This document shows positions 21,597 to 31,498 of a stretch of 64,000 nucleotides of DNA, piece after piece. Within the stretch, counting starts at the first letter, position 1, and every line of letters begins with the position of its first letter. The DNA comes from Acidobacteriota bacterium (lineage in GTDB: Bacteria > Acidobacteriota > Blastocatellia > RBC074): contig JAEUQP010000041.1 in assembly GCA_016789645.1 (NCBI GenBank), positions 1,570-65,569 of the forward strand, given 5' to 3'. The position numbers and the translations under genes were made by a program. The notes beneath the pieces were generated by a model. The model had not been told where the DNA came from, searched no databases, and saw only the letters and a program-made list of their open reading frames with translations.

Positions 21597-22834
21597 AAAA
21601 CAACGTTGCGCCGTTTGCTGGGAAACGCCGCCTGGTATTCCCGTTCGTAAGCCAGTGCGACCTGCTCTACAGACAAAATGAACTGTCCTTTGAGATTGTC
21701 TTTGTAACCGTTGAGCACTTGGGGATCCTGAATCAGCGATTGCAAAATATCGCGCAATTGCAGGACATCGCCAATGGGGAAAGTCCGCCCGCTGACGCCA
21801 TTTTTGACAACCTCCGTCATTCCCCCCAAATCAGTGACAACGGCGGGCACGTTCGACGCCAAGGCTTCCAGCAGGATAATCGGGGTGTTTTCATACCAGA
21901 TCGAAGGAACTATGGCGACGTCTACCTGCCCAAGCACCTCTCCAATTTGGTCAGCTGAGAACACGCCGCACAGCTTGATGCGCGGGTCGTTTTCGGCGGC
22001 TTGCGTTAACACATGCTCGTATTGGCCGGAACCGTAAATTTTCAACTCTACGTCTCCTTTCACCCATTTGAACGCCTGCGCCAGGATGTGAACGCCTTTG
22101 TGCCGGATGAAAGAGCCCCCATAAAAAAATGTCAGTTTGTCGCCCGGCTTGTATCGCCGAAGATTTCTGCGAATTCTGGAATAACTGATGCCATATCCAA
22201 TCTCGCGCAAATTCAAATCGCCGTACTCTTTGCGAAACATCTCCCCAAGAAATTTGGACGGCGCAATCACGCGGTGGGCCTGGCGAAGGAACTCGCTTGT
22301 GATTTCCAATCGCCGCCGAATCTCAGCATTAGGGATTTCGCTGCACAATTGGTTGCAAGCCGTGCCCTGTTCCGGTCCCGCGCACAGGCTGTTGCGTGAA
22401 GTCATCAGCGTAACTTTCGGGCAGAGCAAGAAGAAATCTGTCAGCGTCAACATATAAGGAATACCAGCTTCGCGCGCGGCATAAATGAAATCATGAACGC
22501 CCATCATATGCGCGGCATGGATGATGTCCGGCTTTTCCTTTGCCAGCATGCGCCGAGCGAAGTCCAGCATTTCCCCTTGTCCCAGATTGTATTGCTGGTC
22601 GGCAGGTTCATAAGGCAGCCTCACAAATGTGACCGGAACGCTCCCGTAAAGGAACTCCCGCACCAGCACACCGGCTTCCTCGTGACTGAAGCTGGAGTGT
22701 TGGCGAAATGAATATGAGACGACCTTGACGCGATGCCCAATTCGCTGAGCGCCCTTTGCCAGTTCCAGCAGGAATTTTTCCGTTCCGGTGTAATGATCGG
22801 GATAAAACTGATGAACCAGGTACAGTATCTTCAT
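21593..22834 (-). CDS. Glycosyltransferase family 4 (GT-B)
   Basis: MKILYLVHQFYPDHYTGTEKF N-terminus and a C-terminal E-x7-E-type motif region (ENTPIILLEALASNVPAVVTDLGG); 4-nt overlap with the downstream GT2 indicates translational coupling. Confidence 0.8.
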   Translation of the reverse strand: MKILYLVHQFYPDHYTGTEKFLLELAKGAQRIGHRVKVVSYSFRQHSSFSHEEAGVLVREFLYGSVPVTFVRLPYEPADQQYNLGQGEMLDFARRMLAKEKPDIIHAAHMMGVHDFIYAAREAGIPYMLTLTDFFLLCPKVTLMTSRNSLCAGPEQGTACNQLCSEIPNAEIRRRLEITSEFLRQAHRVIAPSKFLGEMFRKEYGDLNLREIGYGISYSRIRRNLRRYKPGDKLTFFYGGSFIRHKGVHILAQAFKWVKGDVELKIYGSGQYEHVLTQAAENDPRIKLCGVFSADQIGEVLGQVDVAIVPSIWYENTPIILLEALASNVPAVVTDLGGMTEVVKNGVSGRTFPIGDVLQLRDILQSLIQDPQVLNGYKDNLKGQFILSVEQVALAYEREYQAAFPSKRRNVVF

Positions 22835-22837
22835 TGG

Positions 22838-24574
22838 CTAAACTCCCTGCCTCAATTCCAGTTCGAGTCTGGCAGTTGCGTCATCGTTTGCTGGCGAAGA
22901 GAGGAAATAGCTTGCCAGGATCACGCCTGCAGCCATGGCGTGCGATTTGAAGACGGCCTGTTTGAACTCTGTGAACAGTGCCTGATCCACAATCTCGTAA
23001 ACAGAATTCAGATGGTTCTTGATCCGCCAAACCATATCGTTCACGGTGGCTGTGATCGCTTTGTCATCGGCCACGTCTTTTTCCGGCGCGGAAAAGTCCG
23101 CTGCCAGTCGGGTTAAAAACTCCCGGTAGCGATCATCAACATCAAATGTTTCAATAGTATTTGTCGCCGGAGTCGGGCCGTTCCAGCGTTTTTCAATTGC
23201 CGCGAGAAATTGAATTGTCGAACAGGGAAACTGAAGTTCGCTTTCCAGAGAGTTGAGAGCACGGCTCAGGTTCTGGTAGGAGGACAACATCCCTTGGCTC
23301 AAGGCGGGCAAATCGGTGGTCGGCAGAATCGGAAAGTCGGTGAAGGTCTTTGCCATAGAAACCGTTTCCACAAACCCACGCCGCAAATGGTAATAAGCCG
23401 GACGATTGTGCGAATGAATGACGCGCGTTGAACTCAAGAGAACCAATTTGTGACCATCAGCAGTGAGCCGCAGGCCTAAGTCCAGATCTTCGGCATAATC
23501 GCTCCGGAAACGATACTGTGTGAAGACTCCACGTTCGATCAAACACGCGACGTTGTTCAATTGGCAATGTCTTCTCACGGTTTCGTAATCCGAACTCGGC
23601 GGAGCACCGGTCACGCGGTCGCCGCCATCCAGTTTAAGGAAGCGGATATGGTTGTGGGAGTTGACGCAATAGAACAGATCAACGTCTTCGCGCGGTGATT
23701 CGGCTGGACTCACGGCAACAGCGCCCGAAGTGCGAGCCGCTTGGATCATCTCGTATAAAAAGCGGCGAGACCCGGGTAGCGCATCCTGGGTCATAAAGAG
23801 CAGGTAATCGCCTGTGGCGGCATCCGCTCCCAGATTGCGCGCCGCTGAATGTGAAAAATCCTTCGGTGCAATTTCGATGACTTTGGCTCCGTAGGCGCGA
23901 CTCAACTCGACCGTATCATCCCGGCTGCCGGAATCTACGACAATGATTTCCACATTTTCGCAACCTTCTTGTGATTTAAGCGAAGAAAGCAGCGTGGGAA
24001 GCTCATCGCCGGGATTAAGCGTTGGAATGACGACGGAGACCGACGATCGTTCCAGCGTCGAGCAATCGTTCGACCAGGCACTGGAGAAATCGAAAGTTGG
24101 AACCGAGATTTTGTGCCTATGCATGTGGGCGACTTTGATCCGTCTCCTGATTTCAGCTCTGTTGCCTGCGGTGTCCCGCACCCGAACCAAAATCTGACAC
24201 TCCTCCGAATCTCGCTTTTCGTCCAGGAGGAAGGTTCCGCCGAATCCCACCTGAGATGAGCCTAGTTCAGGTAGCGCGTCCAACACGTCGGGGCGTTCAA
24301 GTCCATATTTGATATCGCCTATCAATTTGTCGTCAATAAAAGCTTCAATCCGTTCCACCCTTGCCGACAATGAAACCGCCCACCCGTAAATTTCTAACTC
24401 TAGTTCGTGCAATTTGTCCGGAGTTGGGTAGTCAAGGCTATACAGAAATGGCGACGGAGGGTTGGAACGCAAACGCCGGTAGATGCGACCGGCAACCGAC
24501 ACCGCTCCTTCTGTCTGCCAGAATTCTGCCATGCGCAGAATTTTTTGTTTGATGTCATTTATCATTGGCAACAT
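22838..24574 (-). CDS. Multidomain glycosyltransferase (central GT2 domain)
   Basis: Central VSVVIPTLNPGDELPTLL...VVDSGSRDDT...DALP GT-A motifs flanked by N- and C-terminal extensions. Confidence 0.7.
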   Translation of the reverse strand: MLPMINDIKQKILRMAEFWQTEGAVSVAGRIYRRLRSNPPSPFLYSLDYPTPDKLHELELEIYGWAVSLSARVERIEAFIDDKLIGDIKYGLERPDVLDALPELGSSQVGFGGTFLLDEKRDSEECQILVRVRDTAGNRAEIRRRIKVAHMHRHKISVPTFDFSSAWSNDCSTLERSSVSVVIPTLNPGDELPTLLSSLKSQEGCENVEIIVVDSGSRDDTVELSRAYGAKVIEIAPKDFSHSAARNLGADAATGDYLLFMTQDALPGSRRFLYEMIQAARTSGAVAVSPAESPREDVDLFYCVNSHNHIRFLKLDGGDRVTGAPPSSDYETVRRHCQLNNVACLIERGVFTQYRFRSDYAEDLDLGLRLTADGHKLVLLSSTRVIHSHNRPAYYHLRRGFVETVSMAKTFTDFPILPTTDLPALSQGMLSSYQNLSRALNSLESELQFPCSTIQFLAAIEKRWNGPTPATNTIETFDVDDRYREFLTRLAADFSAPEKDVADDKAITATVNDMVWRIKNHLNSVYEIVDQALFTEFKQAVFKSHAMAAGVILASYFLSSPANDDATARLELELRQGV

Positions 24575-26109
24575 AAACTACTAAGTCCTTGAGTAATCTG
24601 GCCAGCAACCAACAGGCTGCCAAACTCAGCGCCAGGCAACAGGCACAAAGGATACGCAGCATCTGAAATGTACGATATGAAATTGAAATTGTCGGTCGCC
24701 AACTCTGTGCCAGCATCGGTTGCGGTGTGGCGAATTCACGCAAATCCACCGGTTTTTCCTGAGGCGCATCCTCCGGTTTAACAAACCACCAATGCGACGG
24801 CGCTGGCCACCAAACGGCTTGCGCATCGCCACGAATCCGGAGTTTGAGCAACTGCCAGTTGAATCGAATGTGATTCCAGCGCAAATCGTGTTGGATATGT
24901 TCCAGCGTGGATTGCGTGCTTTGGATTGCCGCGCGGTGAAGCGCAACGTATGGAAACAGGCTTCCCAGCAGCGACACCCAAAACCCGATGGCCAACAATG
25001 CGAGCAGCAAGAGTTCTTTTCGCCAGACGAATTCGACGGATGATTTCGACGCCGCCAGACACAACAGCAACGGCGCAATGGCGACGTGCAAATAACGCGG
25101 CCCCCAGGTTTCTTCCGCCCACATGCGTATGATCGAAAATCCAGCGATCATTCCGCCCAAGGTCAGCAAGGCAAAAACAACGAGTTTTGGTTGCCGCCGA
25201 TACGCTTTGCCAAGCGCCAACAAACTCAACCCCAGAACCGGACAATACACCAACAAACTTTTGTTGGCAGAACCCAGGTACGAAAACGCCTGCAACACGG
25301 CCATCGCCAGATCGTCCACCAGCAACTGCCGAAAGTAACTTAAGCCGGCGTCGCCTTCCGCCCAGTAATTCGACTTGGCGAAGTAATTCGCGAATTGAGC
25401 GATTCCGGTCAGCGCCACCACTGAAACCAGCTTGAACCAGTCCAAGCGTTCCAAAGGGAGTTCGTTCGCTGGGCGGAAATAGTGAAAAACCAGATAGCTC
25501 GTCGCTGGCAGCAGGAAAATTCCGTTTTGTTTGACCGTTACCGCAATGGCGCAGAGCAATCCCAGCAGCAGAACTTCCGCCCAGGTTCGCGTTGGAATTC
25601 GCCCCAGCGCCAGAAATGCCACAGCAAACAGCGCCAACGATTGCGTGGTTTCCAGCCCGATGTAGGCATACGGCCAGAGCATTGTTCCCAGCGCGCCACA
25701 AGTTGCCAGCAACACCGCCCAGCGAAAATCCTTTGTCAGCCGGTAGCACCAGATCAGCAGCAATGTGCAAAGCAACGAGGTCGCCAGAATCGGTTGCAGG
25801 ATTGCCAATCGTCCCAGCCATTTCACCGAATCGCCAAAGACCGCTCGATTGACCAGCGCGAGCGGCAGATGCAACAGCGGTTCGAGAAAGCCATGCCGCG
25901 ACCATTGCACACGAACCAGCGGACGACCATTGACGGCGTTGACCAGATTCGTGGCCAGTTGATTGGCGGCAATCAGGTTTTCCTGGTTGTAGCCTTGTCC
26001 TTCAATCGTGCCCGGCGTCAGCGCCAGATAAAACAGCGTCAGCGCCAGAAAAAACAACCGGCAAACCTGCCAGAACTTTTTATGATTCGGCGCGATCAGG
26101 TGTTCCATC
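24555..26109 (-). CDS. Polytopic membrane protein, putative GT-C (ArnT/PMT-like) glycosyltransferase or polymerase
   Basis: About 12 predicted TM helices; start placed at the internal ATG (MEHLIAP), because the first ~110 codons of the long ORF look non-coding. Confidence 0.45.
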
Positions 26110-26172
26110 GTTTCAGCCTTAACCGCAGAGGCGCAGAGACCGCAAAGCCAGCGCAGAGAAATTTCCGGAAGG

Positions 26173-28560
26173 TTAATTCGCCCTCTGCGGAACCTCAGCG
26201 TTCTCTGCGCCTCTGCGGTGAGCTTTTGACAGTTGTTTGTGAATTTCCAGCTTGAGCGGAACGTTTTGATGCGGTTGCCAGGCAGTTTGCCATTTGGCTT
26301 CGTACCGGCGCTGGTTTTCTTCAAAAATGCGGTCGTAATCGCCGGATTTGATGAGTTTGCCAAACGCCGCTTGCCCGAAATGATGGACGAACACATCCGC
26401 CGCGCAGACCAAACGATAACCTGCCTGTTTGACACGAACAGAATAATCGTCGTCTTCGAACATGCCTATGCCAAAGCGTTCATCCAGCGGCCCGATTTGC
26501 TGAAAAACTTCGCGGCGCAGAGCAACGCAGAACATCGCCAGCATATGAATATCCGACACCAGCAAATCGTTTGCCCAGGTGTGTTCCACCGCAAACTGTT
26601 CCATCTCTTGCCACGTCGCATAAGGAACTTCGATTTTGGCTTCGTTGCCGACAAAGTTCGTCACCGGGCCGACCATGCCGACTTGCGGATCGTTCAAATG
26701 ACGCAACAACCGGCTCAACCAGCCGGGCGGCACAATTGTGTCGTTGTTCAACAAGACGATGAATTCGCCCGTCGCCACTTCGATGCCCTGATTGTTCGCT
26801 TTGGCAAAGCCGAAATTCTGATCGTTCAAAATCACCTTTACCGAAGGTTCCAGTTCCGCCAATTGACGCAAATAATCGGGCGTGCCGTCTTTCGACAGGT
26901 TGTCCACGATGATGATTTCAACGTTCGGGTATTCCGTGTTGCGCAACACGCTTTCCAGGCACAATCGCGTCAACGCCAGATTGTTATAGGTGACGATGAT
27001 GATGCTGGCGCGCGGAACCGATTGCCGGAGTTCGGCTTCAATCCGGTCGTAACGGTTTTTCCACGTATGTTGGCGAGCCAGCGTGCGGCGCTGTTCGGCC
27101 AAGTGCGGATCGCTTTCGGCAATCGCCGAATCGAGTTTGGCAACGAATTCTTCAGCAGTTTCAGCCAGATACACGTGTTCGCGGTACTGCTGCAACTCCG
27201 ACATGTTCGTTGCGACGACGGGTTTGCCGCCGCTCCAGTATTCGTACAGCTTGACCGGGTCGGTCGCTTCGGTAATCGGATTGATCTTAAAGGGAATCGT
27301 GCAAACGTCGAAATGATGCAGATACTGCGGCATGGTTTCGTACGGTTGCTGGCCGAGCAGTTTGACGTTCGACAAAGCTTGCAGTCTCGAAACGTCCACG
27401 TCGAACACTCCGCCGAGCAAGACGAACGAATAATTCGGACGTTGCCGCGCGGCTTCGGCCAGCAGATCAATATCGAACCAATCGGCGATGGCTCCGAAAT
27501 AGCCCGCGATTGGGTGTGGAATGTCTGCCAGCAGAGGATTCGGCTGGCAACGTTGAACGTAAAAATCGTAATCCGCCGCGTTGCGCGCCAACACGACAGG
27601 ATTGCCCGCTTCGCTACGCCAGCGCCATTTTTGGGCCAGCCGCTCAGCCGTCACCACCAGCAAATCACATTCATTTACCAACTGATGTTCGGCTTCCAAG
27701 CTGGCAGGTTTGATGCCGGGGAAGTTTTCCCATTCGTCCATGCAATCGTAAACCACCTGCCAATCCCAACGCCGCCGGGTTTCAAGCGCCGTCTGGCTCC
27801 ACGAAGGAATCATCACGTAACTGATCGCTTGATTGATGGAAAATTCGCGGCGCAAATCGTCCAGCGCGCCCAGCGCCAGTTCCAGGTCTTTGCCTTCGAT
27901 GACTTCGTGAAAAATATCCAGCGGATAGCGCGCGGCCAATTCCACTTCGTAAATGTTTTCGGCAATTGGCGACACGGCAAATTTCGGACGAGCGTAACGG
28001 CTGCGAAACTTCGACACGCTCAGGTAAAACACGCGGTGCCCGTTGGCGGCGAATTGCGACATCAATTGTTGCGGTCGTTGAAACCGAAACGACCAGTCAA
28101 TGATCGAAAAACAAATCACGTCAGGTTTGGCGCGTGTGGTGGCCGCCAACGGTCGGTTGAGAATCGCTTCCACGTCCGGCTTGGGCAAATGCGGCAGCAA
28201 TGTCACCGACCGGTAAAAATCATTGCCGGTGGAATCGTTCAGCGATACGCGAAGTCGTTTTTGGGTCAGAACGTAATCCGTAATCAGATTGCCGAGCGGC
28301 AGCAAGCCAAATCGGCTGCGCACCAGTTGTACGGCTCGGCGGCGCAACGGATGCGGAATCATCACGCGCATTGCTGCGCGCAGCGCACGGTATGGCCCGT
28401 TCGGCAATTCCTGACGAACAGCCAAACGCGCACGTTGAAACAGATTGAATTGAGCATCAGCGCCTGGCTGACCAAGGGGTTCCGGCATAGCGATAATTTC
28501 GGGCAACCGACTCAAGATGGGGCGAGAACGATTGAAATCCAACCGGTGAGGTTCCCGCAA
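26173..28560 (-). CDS. Bifunctional glycosyltransferase (N-terminal GT-B/GT4-like + C-terminal GT2)
   Basis: C-terminal GT2 motifs (ASIIIVTYNNLALT, IVDNLSKDGT, LLNNDTIV) and an N-terminal ~450-aa GT-B-like region. Confidence 0.7.
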   Translation of the reverse strand: MREPHRLDFNRSRPILSRLPEIIAMPEPLGQPGADAQFNLFQRARLAVRQELPNGPYRALRAAMRVMIPHPLRRRAVQLVRSRFGLLPLGNLITDYVLTQKRLRVSLNDSTGNDFYRSVTLLPHLPKPDVEAILNRPLAATTRAKPDVICFSIIDWSFRFQRPQQLMSQFAANGHRVFYLSVSKFRSRYARPKFAVSPIAENIYEVELAARYPLDIFHEVIEGKDLELALGALDDLRREFSINQAISYVMIPSWSQTALETRRRWDWQVVYDCMDEWENFPGIKPASLEAEHQLVNECDLLVVTAERLAQKWRWRSEAGNPVVLARNAADYDFYVQRCQPNPLLADIPHPIAGYFGAIADWFDIDLLAEAARQRPNYSFVLLGGVFDVDVSRLQALSNVKLLGQQPYETMPQYLHHFDVCTIPFKINPITEATDPVKLYEYWSGGKPVVATNMSELQQYREHVYLAETAEEFVAKLDSAIAESDPHLAEQRRTLARQHTWKNRYDRIEAELRQSVPRASIIIVTYNNLALTRLCLESVLRNTEYPNVEIIIVDNLSKDGTPDYLRQLAELEPSVKVILNDQNFGFAKANNQGIEVATGEFIVLLNNDTIVPPGWLSRLLRHLNDPQVGMVGPVTNFVGNEAKIEVPYATWQEMEQFAVEHTWANDLLVSDIHMLAMFCVALRREVFQQIGPLDERFGIGMFEDDDYSVRVKQAGYRLVCAADVFVHHFGQAAFGKLIKSGDYDRIFEENQRRYEAKWQTAWQPHQNVPLKLEIHKQLSKAHRRGAENAEVPQRAN

Positions 28561-28763
28561 AAACGAGGCGCACTATACAACAGCGATGCAGGCACGACCA
28601 AACGCGGCCAGCTAAATGATGACAAATGATGACAAAACACTGAATTGACTAAACGGCGACCGTCACCTATAACTTTGGCGGCGTCGGCACAGCGGTTCAT
28701 AGTTCAATTTGCTGGCGCGAAGGCTTTCACCCGGCCCCAAATTCGTTTATCACCAGGCAAACC

Positions 28764-29627
28764 ATGTCCACACCAACCGACAAGATCAGTTTTTCAGCGC
28801 GGCAGTCTGCCAACTCACCGGTTTACGATTCGGCATTGCTGGGCAATCCGGCCGTTTCGGAAATGAAGGATTTGTGGCAATACCGCGATCTGCTGTGGCA
28901 ATTGATCGCGCGCAATATCAAAACCCGTTACAAACGGTCGGTGTTGGGCATCTTGTGGACGATGTTGAATCCGTTGCTGATGATGTTGGTGCTGACCTTT
29001 GTCTTTTCGAACATCTTTCGGTTTCAGCAGCCGCATTATGCCGCGTATGCGTTGGCGGGATTGGCGCTGTGGAATTTCTTCGCACAAACGACGACCGGCG
29101 CAATGAGCGAATTGATCTGGGGCGGCAGTTTGATGAACAAGATTTATTTGCCGCGTTCGATTTTTGCCGTCACGGCGCTGGGAACCTCGCTCGTCAATTT
29201 GTTGCTGACGCTGATTCCGTTGTTCGTGGTCATGATCATCACGGGAGTTCCGCTGCGTCCGGCATTGCTGATTTTGCCGTTGCCGATTGTGATGACGGCG
29301 ATGTTCGCGCTTGGCGTAGCGTTGGTATTGTCTCGCGTGGCGGCGTATTTCGCCGACGTGTTGGAGATGTACCAGATTTTTTTGATGGCCTGGATGTATC
29401 TGACGCCGATCATTTATCCCAAAGAAATCATTCCACGGCATCTGCAATGGATGTTCGATCTGAATCCGATGTACCACCTGATCGAAATTTTTCGCGCGCC
29501 GCTGTTGATTGGCTGGCTGGCCGGACCGAAGACGGTGCTGGCTTCGGTCGTCGCGGCGTTTGTCACACTGGCGTTTGGCTGGTGGTATTTTTCCAGGAAA
29601 GCCGATGAGCTTGCTTACCGAATCTGA
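28764..29627 (+). CDS. wzm: ABC-2 type polysaccharide export permease (Wzm/KpsM/TagG-like)
   Basis: Six TM helices and an ABC-2 signature; directly followed by the overlapping ATPase gene. Confidence 0.75.
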   Translation: MSTPTDKISFSARQSANSPVYDSALLGNPAVSEMKDLWQYRDLLWQLIARNIKTRYKRSVLGILWTMLNPLLMMLVLTFVFSNIFRFQQPHYAAYALAGLALWNFFAQTTTGAMSELIWGGSLMNKIYLPRSIFAVTALGTSLVNLLLTLIPLFVVMIITGVPLRPALLILPLPIVMTAMFALGVALVLSRVAAYFADVLEMYQIFLMAWMYLTPIIYPKEIIPRHLQWMFDLNPMYHLIEIFRAPLLIGWLAGPKTVLASVVAAFVTLAFGWWYFSRKADELAYRI

Positions 29628-31299
29628 AAATCCGAGACCCAAAGACAAGCGAATCGAAACTGCCGCGAACGATGCTGACGTGGTCATTCGGCTGGAAAAC
29701 GTGTCGGTGGTGTATCGCGCGCCGCGCGAACGAATCAAAACGTTCAAGGAATATGTCATTCGCAAGGTCAAACGACAGGTCGAACATCAGCAGTTCAATG
29801 CGTTGCGCGACGCCAGCCTGGAATTGCGCCGCGGCGAAGTATTTGGATTGATCGGCCACAACGGCGCAGGCAAAAGCACCATGCTGAAACTCGTGTCGCG
29901 CGTGATGAAGCCGACTCGCGGGCGCGTCTGGGTGAAAGGGAAGATCGCTCCGTTGCTGGAACTCGGCGCAGGGTTTCATCCCGAACTGAGCGGGCGGGAA
30001 AACATTTTTCTCAACGGAACGCTGTTGGGATATTCGCGCGCCGAAATGGCGAAGCTGTTTGACAGCATCGTGGAGTTTGCCGAAATCGAAGATTTCATAG
30101 ATGCGCCGCTTCGCACGTATTCCACGGGAATGGCCGGACGATTGGGATTTGCCGTGGCGACGGCGACGCGTCCGGACATTTTGATCGTGGATGAAGTGTT
30201 GTCCGTTGGCGACGAACAGTTTCAGGAAAAATGCGCCGAACGCATTACGGAATTTCGCCGACAAGGGACGACCATTTTGCTGGTGACGCATTCGTCCGAA
30301 TTGGTGCAGCGCATTTGCGACCGAGCCGCCTGGCTGGATCACGGCCAGATTTGCAGTGTGGGACAGCCTGCGGAAATCGTTCGTCAATATCACGACCGTT
30401 ATCATCTCGCTTCGCCTGTTTCCGAACCGGAACCCGTCGAGGGTTCAGAACCCGTTCCGGAGGAGCCGAAAGTTCCGAAGATCATTGTCACCGAGCAGTT
30501 GGAGGAGGCCGAGCCGCTGGCGGGAGAGAGTGCCGTCAGCGATGAAGTGCGAGCGCTGGAACAGCGTGCGCTGCAAAAAGCGTGGTTTTATCCGTTTGCG
30601 TTGCCCAGCGGCAGACGCGTCGAATGTTATTTGCCTCCGCACGTTGCTGTGATTCACGCCAATCGGCTGGCCATGGTGGAATCGGCGCTGAAAACGACTT
30701 TCGGCTCAGATTGGTCGCAGCTTGATTGCCTGGACGTTGGCAGCAATCAGGGCTTTTTTTCAGTCAAGCTGGCACAGCGCGGTTGCCGAAACGTCGTTGG
30801 TCTGGAAGCTCGACCGCAAAACATCGAAGACGCCGAGCTGATTCGAAAGATGTACGATCTGAACAACCTCAGTTTTCGGAACGGCGATGTGACCAAACTC
30901 AACCCGGCGGACTGGCCGCAATTCGACGTAACAATCATGTTGAGCGTGTTGTTTTGGCTGGAAAATCCGATTGGCGTGTTGCGCACGCTCAAGGCGCTGA
31001 CCCGGCATTTGTTGATTCTTGAAACGCCTGTTGCGCCAGAAATCTTTGGCGAGATGGATTGGGGAAGCCGTGATGTACGCAAACAGTTGCAAGGATCATT
31101 TGCCTTACTCGATTTGACTGAAGAATCAAAAATGCATGTGGGTAGTTTGACTGAACTGTCATTTTGTCCAGGGCGTGAATCTCTGATCTGGTTGCTGCGA
31201 AAGCTGGGATTTTCCAGCGTCGAAATTGTCGCACCTTTACCGGAGGCTTACGAGCAATTGGTGTCCGGTAGTAGGGTCATGGTTGTTGCGCGAGTTTGA
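29605..31299 (+). CDS. wzt: ABC transporter ATP-binding protein (Wzt/TagH-like) with a C-terminal class I methyltransferase-like domain
   Basis: Walker A GHNGAGKST, signature YSTGMAGRLGFA, Walker B ILIVDE; the C-terminal ~250 aa contains LDVGSNQGFFSVKLAQRGC...DVTIML, a SAM-MTase-like Rossmann fold. Start at ATG 29605 inside the larger ORF. Confidence 0.75.
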   Translation: MSLLTESENPRPKDKRIETAANDADVVIRLENVSVVYRAPRERIKTFKEYVIRKVKRQVEHQQFNALRDASLELRRGEVFGLIGHNGAGKSTMLKLVSRVMKPTRGRVWVKGKIAPLLELGAGFHPELSGRENIFLNGTLLGYSRAEMAKLFDSIVEFAEIEDFIDAPLRTYSTGMAGRLGFAVATATRPDILIVDEVLSVGDEQFQEKCAERITEFRRQGTTILLVTHSSELVQRICDRAAWLDHGQICSVGQPAEIVRQYHDRYHLASPVSEPEPVEGSEPVPEEPKVPKIIVTEQLEEAEPLAGESAVSDEVRALEQRALQKAWFYPFALPSGRRVECYLPPHVAVIHANRLAMVESALKTTFGSDWSQLDCLDVGSNQGFFSVKLAQRGCRNVVGLEARPQNIEDAELIRKMYDLNNLSFRNGDVTKLNPADWPQFDVTIMLSVLFWLENPIGVLRTLKALTRHLLILETPVAPEIFGEMDWGSRDVRKQLQGSFALLDLTEESKMHVGSLTELSFCPGRESLIWLLRKLGFSSVEIVAPLPEAYEQLVSGSRVMVVARV

Positions 31300-31498
31300 C
31301 CAATGAATTTCTGGTCGAATACCAAGTTGGTGGACAGGATTTGCGACTTCGCTCATCGGCGCAAAGGAGTGATTTCGGTTCTGGTGTTCTGCGCTCGCCA
31401 AGCCAGAAAGCTGTTGACGGCGTTTCGCAAATCAAGTGAAGCCAAAGACGTTCGCGCGTAAAAGTGAGGCTCTGGCAGCGTCGCAAGAGACACGAGCA

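Noticed and set aside
24778-25905. 375-aa ORF (minus strand, alternate frame), plus several 60-260-aa ORFs in the 24.6-26.3 kb region
   Set aside because: They overlap the polytopic membrane-protein gene in other frames; Ala/Arg/Gly-rich with no domain signature.
26233-28629. 798-aa ORF on the plus strand
   Set aside because: Antisense to the well-supported GT4+GT2 fusion gene; Arg/Gln-rich composition typical of spurious GC-rich antisense frames.
28815-29771. 318-aa minus-strand ORF
   Set aside because: Antisense to wzm/wzt; His/Gln/Arg-rich artefact.
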